Source: Leucoraja erinacea
Lineage: Eukaryota
Direction: 5' to 3'
NCBI RefSeq assembly: GCF_028641065.1
Contig: NC_073386.1
Coordinates: 27,528,001-27,592,000 of the forward strand
DNA length: 64,000 nucleotides
Within the stretch, counting starts at the first letter, position 1. Every line of letters starts with the position of its first letter. The translations under genes were made by a program, and so were the position numbers. The notes under the pieces are model-generated. The model was not told the DNA's origin. It worked only from the letters and a program-made list of their open reading frames with translations, and searched no databases. This document shows positions 12,907-24,500 of this stretch, piece after piece.

Positions 12907-13197
12907 AGTTTAGTTTGGAGAGACAGCGCAGAAACAGGCCCTTCGGCCCACTGAGTCCACGGTGACCAGTGATCCCCGCATATTAACACTATCCTGCACA
13001 CACTAGGAACAATTTTTACATTTACCAAGCCAATTTACCTACATACCTGTACGTCTTTGGAGTATGTGAGGAAACTGAACATCTCAGAGAACACCCACAG
13101 GGAGAACATACAAATTTTTATACAGATCGAACCCGGGTCTCTGGCGATATAAGTGCTGTAAAGGCAGCAACTTTACCGCTGCGCTACCGTGCTGCCC
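12907..13197 (-). mobile_element. Full-length tRNA-derived SINE (HE1/V-SINE-like)
   Basis: Minus-strand head GGGCAGCACGGTAGCGCAGCGG (A box) ... GGGTTCGATC (B box); CR1-like 3' tail with (CTAAA)n. Confidence 0.8.
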
Positions 13198-13704
13198 ATT
13201 ACTGTGAAGAAAGATGGATGTTGGAAAACGAAGGACAGTTCCCTGGCTTTTCATGGAAGAAAATCATTTGGTTGGTTCAGTCTATTCTAACTCTTCTCAG
13301 GTCAATCCATCCCGCTTCACAGTCTCATAAAACTGAATTTCTTTTCATTAGCATAATCATCAAGCTACCTTTGTAGCCCACACTTAAATCTGTCTACTCT
13401 GCTATCCCTGGGAGTGCATTTCATGCCCAAAATAATTTTCCTATGTCAGTATTATTTATTCTGCCAGTCATCTTCATTTGATTCCACTTGGTCTTTGCCT
13501 TTCTGCGAATGAGAATAATTTCTCTCTTTTTACACAATGACTTCATGAATATAAATACTTCCATCAGACCTTTATTCCAAAATCACAATCTTTGTTTCAA
13601 AAACAACCTCGCTCCAACAATCTATCCAAGCACCTAAAGTCCAAATCCCCAAAATGATTTTAGTAAATCTTTGCACTCACTCTAATTGAGTTACTCTTGC
13701 AACA

Positions 13705-14691
13705 TCTATCTGTTCTATATCTATCTATATACTTACAAAATTCTTGCCTTGTTTCTATGTGTGTGTGTCTGTCTGTTATTGTCTTTTCGCCAAAAGGGTA
13801 CACGATACACATTTTTGCAGAATCTTACTCAGCTTTTTCCCGTCGTCCATCTAATAAGTTTCCTTCAGGGGGGACAGAATTTCCAGATCATTCCTCACAC
13901 GATTCACCCGAGGCGGTGGGTGAGAAGTGGAATATGGCGTCTTATTTACATAGACTACCAAGTCCAACAATTACATCACAATGGGATCTGCCCGTGATGT
14001 CATAGCTTGATTTTGCTAATTACTGGGCCACGCAAAGGATGGGGGGGAGGGGGGATTTCCAGAACATTCTTCACAGGCCAAAACATCATTGCCAACAACC
14101 GTTAACATCAAGAGCCTTGTTTGCCTCGACGCAGCAGTTGGACTGCTTGACCGTGGGAGAAGAAACAAAGAACAGGGAAGAGATAAGACTTTTGCCTTCC
14201 ATCACAGTGAGAAGGTGTTTGGAGATTCACTGTGATGGATGTTAATTGTGTGTCTTGGTTTTTTTTTAATGTTATGACTGCAGGAACGAAATTTTATTTG
14301 AACCTTGTCTGTTTGAATGACAATAAATGGCATTCTATTCAATTCTATTCTAAAGGCAGCTGCATCTTCAGTCTGACTGCGCCACCCAGAAGTCGAGGCC
14401 ATTCATTGGCTCTGGGAAGCACCGACTGCACCCCCCTCCCTCACCATGTGGGAAGGATTGATTGCGTTGGGGGAACAAGTGAGTTGTGGAAACGGGTTGC
14501 ATTGGGGAAATGGGTGAGTGGTAGAATATTGCATTGGGGAAATGGGGCCCAACAAGTTAGGGGGGTAGGGAGGGGAGAAGGGCTATGGAGGGTGGAAGGG
14601 AGTGACTGAGGATAGGGGGAAAGGAGAGGGAGGTGAAGTAGGGAGTGGAGGAGGGGAGGTGAGGGAAGAGAACAGGTCCCACTTAGTCTAG
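13705..14691 (+). mobile_element. Non-autonomous Helitron-like element
   Basis: A|TC 5' end with TCTATATAC..AAAA.TCT start; ends GGTCCCACTTAGTCTAG|T. Same ends recur at 20120, 37751 and 39599 with a GGGACCC-AAC-GGGTCCC subterminal hairpin. Confidence 0.65.
14104..14351 (+). mobile_element. SINE-like element with Rex1-type tail, nested in the Helitron
   Basis: Internal hairpin ccatcacagtga...tcactgtgatgg; GACAATAAA + (ATTCT)n tail; homologous to 59916-60372. Confidence 0.55.
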
Positions 14692-14945
14692 TATATAACT
14701 AAAACTCTCATCTTGTTATCTTCTGGTTTGCATTTTTTGAATTTGCGCAAAAACAGTACATTTTAGCGCTATGATTTTTTGCCACCTTACTCATCATTCT
14801 CTTGCAAGAGCAACAAGTTTGTTCCGATCGGTGGTATATTTAAAAAGTTATAACGGTTTAAAAATCTTTAAAAATGTGCATGTGCAGATTGGTCTCATCT
14901 CCTCTCCTGTCAGTCATCGCCAGGACCGCGACGCCTCTTCCTGCA
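14692..14945 (+). mobile_element. Helitron-like 5' fragment directly abutting the previous copy
   Basis: tatataactaaaactctcatcttgtt start, homologous to 34931 and 37752. Confidence 0.55.
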
Positions 14946-15183
14946 CCATAGCAGCACTGATTGAATATTTCCCCAGCGGATGTGGCCAAAGTGCTTTATT
15001 AGGAAAAGTAAGTGTTCAGAAAAATAACAGATTGAACAGGACAAGAAATTAAAAAAATACTTAAGATTAGAACATAAAATGAAAGAATGGAGAGAATGAG
15101 TTGAATTGGTATTTATTTTCTGTTCAATATGTTAACTGAGTTACTCTTGCAATGAGATTATCATTGTTCTTGCAATATTGGTG

Positions 15184-15189
15184 TTTATT
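15184..15189 (-). promoter_or_regulatory. Candidate SLC5A9 polyadenylation signal AATAAA
   Basis: tttatt on + about 145 nt past the stop; others at about 15112 and 14995. Confidence 0.4.
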
Positions 15190-15331
15190 TGATCATTATG
15201 TTACCTGTATTCTTACCTGGTAATAATACAAATGTTGTTACCAATGTAATTTTGGCAATTAACTTACGGTTACAAACAAGTGTTTCACTAGAGGTACAAA
15301 ACTAGTCCAAAAGTAATCAGGGTGACAACAA

Positions 15332-15537
15332 TTATCCAAAATATCCCCAACAGAAGACATTAACTGCCAGTAGGATTAAAGCATTAATATTGCACATATT
15401 TTTCCATAAAGGTTCTTCTTCAATGCTTGTTAAGCCTTCCTGTATGGCATAATTTTCTTCTTCTGTGAGTTCAGGTTCCTCGTGTATTGACAGGCCACAG
15501 AGCCAAAAACATGTTTTCTTCCACCAAGAAAGTGCCA
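15332..15537 (-). CDS. SLC5A9: SLC5A9 exon 14 (terminal, TM14; ...[19 protein letters not shown])
   Basis: Acceptor at 15538-15539, phase 1; TAA at 15332-15334. Confidence 0.92.
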
Positions 15538-18500
15538 CTGTTTCAACAGAAGTACATAAAAATCAAATGAAGCAACAAGTATCAAAGGTGAGATACATTT
15601 TTTTTTGTTATCAGCAAAGGATAGGATACAGACTTCTCGTAGACAACAAGAAATGGTGGATGTGCATTTGCCTTTACTAAACAAGGCCCTCGGTGTATTC
15701 TGGATTATCTAATAAAGCCAGATAAGGCAGATAGACTCTGCCACTGGTGGGAAAGGAGGAGCTTGACGTGGTGGCCAGCAGTCACTGGAGACAAGGCTCA
15801 GGTGAACAGGCACCAACATATACTTATAAGAGTCCTCTTATAAGTATATGTTGGTGTCTGTTCACCTGAGCCTTGTCTCCAGTGACTGCTGGCCACCACA
15901 TCAAGCTCCTCCTTTCCCACAAGCAAAGATGCCCATCAGTTTGCATGCTCATGGGTGAGCTCAGGCATAGATGCTCTTGCTTCCTTCCCACGCCCATCAG
16001 CCAATTGACCCCACTAACACATGATCCTCATTCACCCTAATATTTCTTCTGTCTATGTGCCACTCATCCCTAACCTCCTCCCCTCCTCAGTCATTCTCCC
16101 TCCAGCTGTCTCACATCCACCCTCCTTTATCACATCCATCCTCCAACTCTGCTGATTGGTATCCTCCTTTCTTCTCTACACATGGTAATCCTCTCCCTTC
16201 TCTGGTCTTCCAATCTCCACTTTGCACACTTATATTCCATCTATCTTATGTTCGCCAAGCAGAAGATTTTAATTGTGGATTAATTAACAAAGTATATATA
16301 TCCCTTGTGGTCTGGACCACTGATTCACCAACAACCATCCTCATGCCCACCCCATCTACCAAACACAGTTTAATGAAGAAGACTGAGAAGAGGGTGAATA
16401 AGAGAAAGTGTGCCACAATATGTAGCAACAAATTCAAGGGCCTGTCCCACTTAGACGATTTTTTAGGCGACTAGGCTGTCGCCACATGGTCGCCAGGATG
16501 TCGCCTGTATGGTCGTGAGTAATCTCCTCAGTCGCCCAAAGAGTCGTTTCATCTTTCTGGTCGTCGCTGGATTTTCAACATGTTGAAAGATTTTCGGAGA
16601 CAGTCGGCATATGAGAGTAGACTCCTCCTGACATTGGTGCTGTCGTAGTTGTTGCAAGGTTAACGTAGGTTGTCGCCAGGTTAACGTAGGTTGTCGCCAG
16701 GTTAACGTAGGTTGTCGCCAGGTGATGTAGGTTGTCGCCGGTGCTGACTTCGTTTTTGTTGTTGTTAAAGTAATGATAATATTTCAAATTTTATGTCGAA
16801 GGGGTGTCCAGTCACCATTTTTTGGCGACCTGCTACGACTTTGACAGTCACCGGCAGTCGCCTAAAAATAGCCTAAATGGGACAGGCCCTTCAATATATA
16901 TATGATCTATTCAAAGGGTAAATGCTTTGTATTCTTCAGGATAATGCTGAATCCTGTTCACTCAGCAATTACATTTTGTGTTTAGATTGTGGTATTGCAG
17001 GCAGTATGCATGTCAAATGAAGATGGAGCACATGCATATCCTATTATAAAGGAAAATACTGGGGATATGCAACAAATCAAACAGCATCTATGCAAAAAGA
17101 AACAAAGTTAACATTTCAGCCAATATCCTCCATCACTCCTCTACCTGTTTCTTGCAGCCCATCATCCTCTGTAATAGATAATAATTCAGCATTTCTGTCA
17201 ACGGATTCAGAGAGTGTCTTTGGCTGGCTCCAGTTATTGTTCAAGTGGTTCTTAGGAATTTTAATGTTTCTAGTCCACCATGTTAGTCGAATAAGCTTTG
17301 AAAATATAAATAATATTTTTACTTATTTATGAACTGCAGTGATATGTAAAACTATTTATGTACAATTGCCATCTGTACAAAATAGCAAAAAAAGACAGAC
17401 ATATGAGGTAACATCATAGACAAAGTGTGGCGAACTAGTAGCAACAATTCAAGGGCCTGTCCAAGGACGATTACAAAAGGCGATAGGCTGTCGCCACATG
17501 GTCGCCAGGATGTCGCCTGTATGGTCGTGAGTAATCTCCTCAGTCGCCCAAAGAGTCGTTTCATCTTTCTGGTCGTCGCTGGATTTTCAACATGTTGAAA
17601 GATTTTCGGAGACAGTCGGCATATGAGAGTAGACTCCTCCTGACATTGGTGCTGTCGTAGTTGTCGCCAGGTTAACGTAGGTTGTCGCCAGGTTAACGTA
17701 GGTTGTCGCCAGGTGATGTAGGTTGTCGCCAGGTCGCCAGGTGATGACTTCGTTTTTGTTGTTGTTAAAGTAATGATAATATTTCAACTTTTATGTCGAA
17801 GGGGTGTCCAGTCACCATTTTTTGGCGACCTGCTACGACTTTGACAGTCACCGGCAGTCGCCTAAAAATAGCCTAAATGGGACAGGCCCTTCAATATATA
17901 TATGATCTATTCAAAGGGTAAATGCTTTGTATTCTTCAGGATAATGCTGAATCCTATTCACTCAGCAATGACATTTTGTGTTTAGATTGTGGTATTGCAG
18001 GCAGTATGCATGTCAAATGAAGATGGAGCACATGCATATCCTATTATAAAGGAAAATACTGGGGACATGCAACAAATCAAACAGCATCTATGCAAAAAGA
18101 AACAAAGTTAACATTTCAGCCAATATCCTCCATCACTCCTCTACCTGTTTCTTGCAGCCCATCATCCTCTGTAATAGATAATAATTCAGCATTTCTGTCA
18201 ACAGATTCAGAGATTGTCTTTGGCTGGCTCCAGTTATTGTTCAAGTGATTCTTAGGAATTTTAATGTTTCTAGTCCACCATGTTAGTCGAATAAGCTTTG
18301 AAAATATAAATAATATTTTTACTTATTTATGAACTGCAGTGATATGTAAACTATTTATGTACAATTGCCAACATTACAAAATAGCAAAAAGACAGACTTA
18401 TATGCTGTAACATCATAGACAAAGTCCTGGCGAAATAGTAGTGCAGTAAAACAAAGGGGTTGTTTTGCCTCCTGATAATGGGGGAAGGAGATCAATGGAG

Positions 18501-21500
18501 AGAAGGGTGACACGAAAGATGCTAGAATCTGGAGCAAAAAAGGGAGAGCTGTTGGAGAAACACGGCAGGTTAGGCAGCATCTGCAGAGGAAAATGGACAG
18601 TTGACATTTTGACTCTTCATCTGGACTGATGATAGTCTCGATCTAAAATGTTGTTCCTTTGTTTAAGAAGTTAGATAGGGAGAAGTGTAGGAAGGAACTG
18701 CAGATGCTGGTTTAACTGAAGATAGACACAAAATGCTGGAGTAACTCAGCAGGACAGGCAGCATCTCTAGATAGAAGGATTGGGTGAAGAAGGGTCTCGA
18801 CCCGAAACGTCACCCATTCCATCTATCCAGAGATGCTGCCTGTTCCACTGAGTTACTCCAGCATTTTGTGTCTTAGATAGCGAGAATCTAGGGAATTATA
18901 GGCTGTCGAAGCTCACATCAGTGGTAGGAGAGCTATTGGAGTAGATACTTCAGTATATAATTTACTCCCATTTGGAAGAGAATGGGTTAATTAAGGACAG
19001 TCAGCATAGCTTTGTACATGGCAGGTCGTGTATTACTGCCTCAATCAAGTTTGTTGCGTGTTTGTTTGGTGACAAAGGGATCGATGAGGGTAGGGCGGTG
19101 GATGTTGCCGACATGGATTTTAGTAAGGCTTTTGATAAAGTTCTTCATGGTAGGCTGATCCAGAAGATTATGATACATGGGATTAACAGTGACCTAGTCA
19201 TATGGATTTCGCACTGGCTGACTGACAAAAGACAGAGGGTTGTGATGGTAGCATAATACTCAGGCTGGAGGTCTGTGCCCAGTGGAGTTCTGCAGGGTTC
19301 GGTGTTGGGACCTTTGTTGTTTTTGATATTTATAAATGACTTGGATGTAAACGTAGACAAGTTGATTAGTAAGTTTGCAGATGACACCAAGATTGCTGGT
19401 GCCACTGACTGTGAGGATGGCTGTCAGAGTATACAGCGGGATATAGATCAACTACAAATGAGTGGAGAAACGGCAGATGGAGTTTAATCTAAGCAAATGA
19501 GAGTTGTTTATCCCTTGGGACATAAAATGTAAAGCAAAAATATATAATTAATGGCATTACCCTTAACAGCATTGATTTATAGAGGGATCTTTGAATTCAA
19601 GTCCATACTTCCAGAAAGTGGCAACACAAGTAGAATAATAAGGAAGGCTTATTGTATGCTTATGCTTAATGGTATGCTTAATGGTCTGGGTATTGAACAT
19701 AAGAGTCAATAAGTCTTGATGCATCTTTATAGGACTTTGGTTAGGCTGCATTTGGAGAATTGCATGCAGTTCTAGTTGCCCCATTACAGAAGGATATGTA
19801 GGCTTTGGAAAGGGTATGGAGGTTTACCAGAATAATGCCTGGATTAGAGAGTATTAGCAACAGGGAGAGGTTGGACAGACATAGATTGTTTTCTCTGGAA
19901 TACTGGAGGTTGCAGGGAGACCTGTTAGAAGTAAATAAAATTATGAGAAACATAGATAGGGTAGACAGTCAGAACCTATTTTCCAGGATGGAATACTAGA
20001 AGAAAAGTTTAAGGGAGATGTGCGGGAACCCCTCAGCCGCACCTGCACAGTTGGGGGCTATGGGTCAGTGGTGGAATATTGCCTTGGGGGATGGGGTCAA
20101 CGGGTCCGCACCTGGTCTAGTATTATCATAAAAACAAACACATTCCAGGGAATTCCAAGCAGGAGCTAAAAATACCTAAAATTAACTTTGCTTACAAGAA
20201 CAAAAAAAAATGCATTTTTTTCCCCAAACATCTACTACAATACTCATGCCTATCACTTACATTTTCTTTCTGGATTGCAGGAGTCATCAGGCTGATGACA
20301 GCGATAACAATTGCACTTATTCCACATAGGATCAAAGCAAAGTAAAGGTAATGCACGTCCTTGAGGAAAGGAGGCCTCTTATCCTCTTCACCACATGATG
20401 GCGCTCCATAAACAAACTCCATGACCAATCGAACGAGACCCAGTATCAGCCCGACCATCAATCCCCAGAAAGCACCCTAAGGCACACGTAAATAGTCCCG
20501 TCATGATGGTTAACCACATGATATTCCCCAGCAAAGAAAATTCATGATCTATGTATAACATTCAGTGTAGGAAGGAACTGCAGATGTTGGTTTACACCAA
20601 AGAAAGACACAAAATGCTAGAGTAACTCAACGGTCAGGCAGCATCTCTGCAGAAAAGGAGTCTGAAGAAGGGTCTTGACCCAAAACGTCACCTATTTGTT
20701 TTCTCCAGAGATGCTGCTTGGCCCGCTGAGTTACTCCAGCATTTTGTGTCTATAACATTTGTAGCACTTGTCACATTCAATATAAAATTTCCATTCAGAG
20801 AGCAGGATAAAACATTATAGTACAAAAGTAACTAAAAAAAATACTTGTAGAAATTCAGAAAAATGGGACAGTGTTGAACCAATAATATTTAATCATGGAC
20901 AAATAATAGCCATTTACTGTAGCAGAACCACGGAAGGTTAAATGAGTTTATAGATTGGATCCTAGCCTATGGAGTGGGGACAATGCTAATTTAGAATATT
21001 TCTGATTGCAGTGTTCTGTCATTAGAAGGGTTCCAAGGGAAGAAACTTGCCCCTTCAGCAACCTAAATTACTTTGATCAATTTTTGTCAAAAACAGTTTA
21101 CATTTATACATTTTGAAATGCATCATCCATAAAGATTTGATTCTAGTTTCAGCAGAATTTCAACATTAATGAGGTATTAAATGACTGTAATTTTAAGAGC
21201 TCTCACTGGTACGTTCTCACCGGCTCATTGACTCTTGTCCAGAATATTGCCATAATGAAAAGTGCGGTGATTGGTGGTGCTAAGTAGCTGGTAACAGACT
21301 GGATGTAGTCAAAAAGCTGTCCACTGTTAGCTCTCTGGATAATAGGGATCCACACTATACTGACGGCAACTAGGAAAATAATAAATACCCTGCCAAAAGA
21401 AAAAAAAAGCAAGAAAAAGTTAATGAGAATGCTTTATTTCTCCTGCTGGAATAAAATAACACAGATAAGAATGAAGAAACAATATTAGGCCACATCTTCT

Positions 21501-24500
21501 GAATTGGGCTTTATAAAACATCTAGATGTTCTCAGCTATATGTTCATTCAACCACTTTTATTTTTAAAAACTTTCCCAACATTTAGAAATTCTTGTCATA
21601 AGCAACAAAATGTTTAATTAATAATTCCGTACGAGAGCTGTTCACTCCTGTAGTCGTTTTTAAAAAAAATGATTGTATTAATTGCTCAAATAATTGTCCA
21701 TGAATCCCTAAATAATCAAAGTAAGCAGAGAGATTTACAACATGAACTTCTATTTATTCAGGTATTTAAAATTTTAAATCTCAAGGTGCCCCCACAGAAT
21801 AAACATAAGAAAATTGGCATTGACCAAATAAAGAGATTAAGAAAATTACCAAGAGGTTTATTGATAACATTAAGAAGTTAAATTCAGTTGAAATAAGTTA
21901 ATTTGGAATAAAATGCTGTTATCAGAAAGTAATCACAAGGCTATTAGAAACATAGAAACATAGAAATTAGGTGCAGGAGTAGGCCATTTGGCCCTTCGAT
22001 ATTGCCATTCAATATGATCATGGTTGATCATCCAACTCAGTATCCCGTACCTGCCTTCTCTCCATACCCCCTGATCCCCTTAGCCACAAGGGCCACATCT
22101 AACTCCCTCTTAAATATAGCCAATGAACTGGCCTCAACTACCCTCTGTGGCAGAGAGTTCCAGAGATTCACCACTCTCTGTGTGAAAAAAGTTCTTCTCA
22201 TCTCGGTTTTAAAGGATTTCCCCTTATCCTTAAGCTGTGACCCCTTGTCCTGGACTTCCCTAACATCAGGAACAATCTTCCTGCATCTAGCCTGTCCAAC
22301 CCCTTAAGAATTTTGTAAGTTTCTATAAGATCCCCTCTCAATCTCCTAAATTCTAGAGAGTATAAACCAAGTCTATCCAGTCTTTCTTCATAAGACAGTT
22401 CTGCCATCCCAGGAATCAGTCTGGTGAACCGTCTCTGCACTCCCTCTATGGCAATAATGTCCTTCCTCAGATTTGGAGACCAAAACTGTACACAATACTC
22501 CAGGTGTGGTCTCACCAAGACCCTGCAGTAGACCCTGCAGTAGAACCTCCCTGCTCCTATACTCAAATCCTTTTGCTATGAAAGCTAACATACCATTCTC
22601 TTTCTTTACTGCCTGCTGCACCTGCATGCCTACCTTCAATGACTGGTGAACCATGACACCCAGGTCTCGCTGCATCTCCCCCTTTCCCAATCGGCCACCA
22701 TTTAGATAATAGTCTGCTTTCCCGTTTTTGTCACCAAAATGGATAACCTCACATTTATCCACATTATACCACATCTGCCAAACATTTGCCCACTCACCCA
22801 GCCTATCCAAGTCACCTTGCAGTCTCCTAGCATCCTCCTCACAGCTAACACTGCCCCCCAGCTTAGTGTAATCCGCAAACTTGGAGACATTGCCTTCAAT
22901 TCGCTCATCCAGATCATTAATATATATTGTAAATAGCTGGGGTCCCAGCACTGAGCCTTGCGGTACCCCGCTAGTCACTGCCTGCTATTGTGAAAAGGAC
23001 CCGTTTACTCCTACTCTTTGCTGAGAAGGACTATTGATTTGGTGTTAAATTCAATTGATTCATTATGTCCTATAGGAAACCAAATGTCTGTAGAGAACAG
23101 AAGCAGGTGTACCTATAAATGAAGCACCAACCTGGTCAAATTCATGCTAAACACTGGAACCAATAACACTTATAAAACTCATTAGAAATCCAATTTTAAT
23201 TGTATTTAATTTTCTTGTCATTTGAACCTTTCAACATATAGAGCAGGCCTTCCTTAAAGATGAAAGATATTAGGTCATGTTTTTAATATCACCCAATTTT
23301 CCTCCCACCAAAATTTAGTTTAGTTTAGAGATACAGCATGGAATAGGCCCTTCTGCCCATTGAGTCTAAGCCGACCATCGAATAACCTAGTTGACACAAG
23401 TTCTATGTAATCTCACTTTCACATCTACTCCCTACATACTCAGGGCAATTTACTGAGGCCAATAACCTACAAACCCACACGTCTTCGGGACATGGGAGAA
23501 AACCGGAGCACCCGGAACAAACCCATGCAGTCACAGTTAGAACGTGCAAACTCTAAATAGACCTATGTGGTCTCAGGGATAATGTGCTACCTCCATCCAT
23601 ACAGCACCCAAGATTACTGCGAGGCAGCAGCTCTACCAGCTGCGCCACTATGCAGTCCATGATGTTTTTGATGAAGAGTTCACAATTCTAAAGGTAACTC
23701 TGTAAATTTAAGGGAATCATCTTTTAGGTGGGTTTAGGATAAATATTGTTAAGAAGGGAAAAATATTGACACAGGAAAATGCAACCAGATAAGCGGCATG
23801 CTCTTCAATAGCTTGTTCATAGTACTTTTCAACTTGTATCTTTCTTATACACCTAATGGATATTAGACCATGTTTATATCCATATTGTATCCATATCTAA
23901 TGGATACGCATCACATAATACCCGTAGGAAACCGGCCAAGTTTTGGACCAGAGCTGACTATCAACCTGTCCAAGCATTACTTTACATGGTTACGTGGCAA
24001 CAGATGGCAGAATTCTCTGCTGATCTGGACGATTATAAGGTGGATTACCACAGTCATCCCCAGATGTCCCCATCCTGACAAATGCAGCCAAGCAAGCGAC
24101 CCTAATCACCTTGGAATACCTTTTCTCTTGCAATATCATGGAAAGTAAGACATTGCCAGGATTGAAAAGTTTCTTATGAAACCTCTAGTGTAATGATTCG
24201 TAAAACATTTACATATCCTTGTGACATGATTGGGATGATTGGCCTTATTGCTGTACAAAAGAGAAGTATCAAATTCACGTTATAGGAGTAGAATTAGACC
24301 ATTTGGCCCATCGAGTCTACTCCACCATTTAATCATGGCTGATCTCTGCCTCTTAATCCCACGTTCCTGCTTTCTCTCCATAACCCTTGACACCCGGTCT
24401 GCCAAGGTGAAGTTCAATACCCTCATCTGAGATGAAGGAAATAAATGAATATAGAAGAAAACAGAGCATGACAGCCTAGTATGCATCTATTGGAAATGGA

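Larger units (their letters stand above)
16423..18441. repeat. ~1 kb tandem duplication (units ~16423-17440 and ~17438-18441) containing a MITE and SLC5A9 exon 13
   Basis: Near-identical sequence at an exact 1000-bp offset over most of the unit (e.g. 16881/17881, 17145/18145). Confidence 0.95.

Noticed and set aside
13110-13197. tRNA gene
   Set aside because: The A and B boxes belong to a SINE head; no complete cloverleaf.
13687-15153. 16-nt direct repeat tgagttactcttgcaa at 13687 and 15138
   Set aside because: Not adjacent to both element ends, so not a TSD; compatible with chance.
16575-17787. ORFs with repeated LATTYVN peptides; CRISPR-like look of the repeats
   Set aside because: Translation of 21-bp tandem repeats inside a Harbinger MITE; no unique spacers, eukaryotic context.
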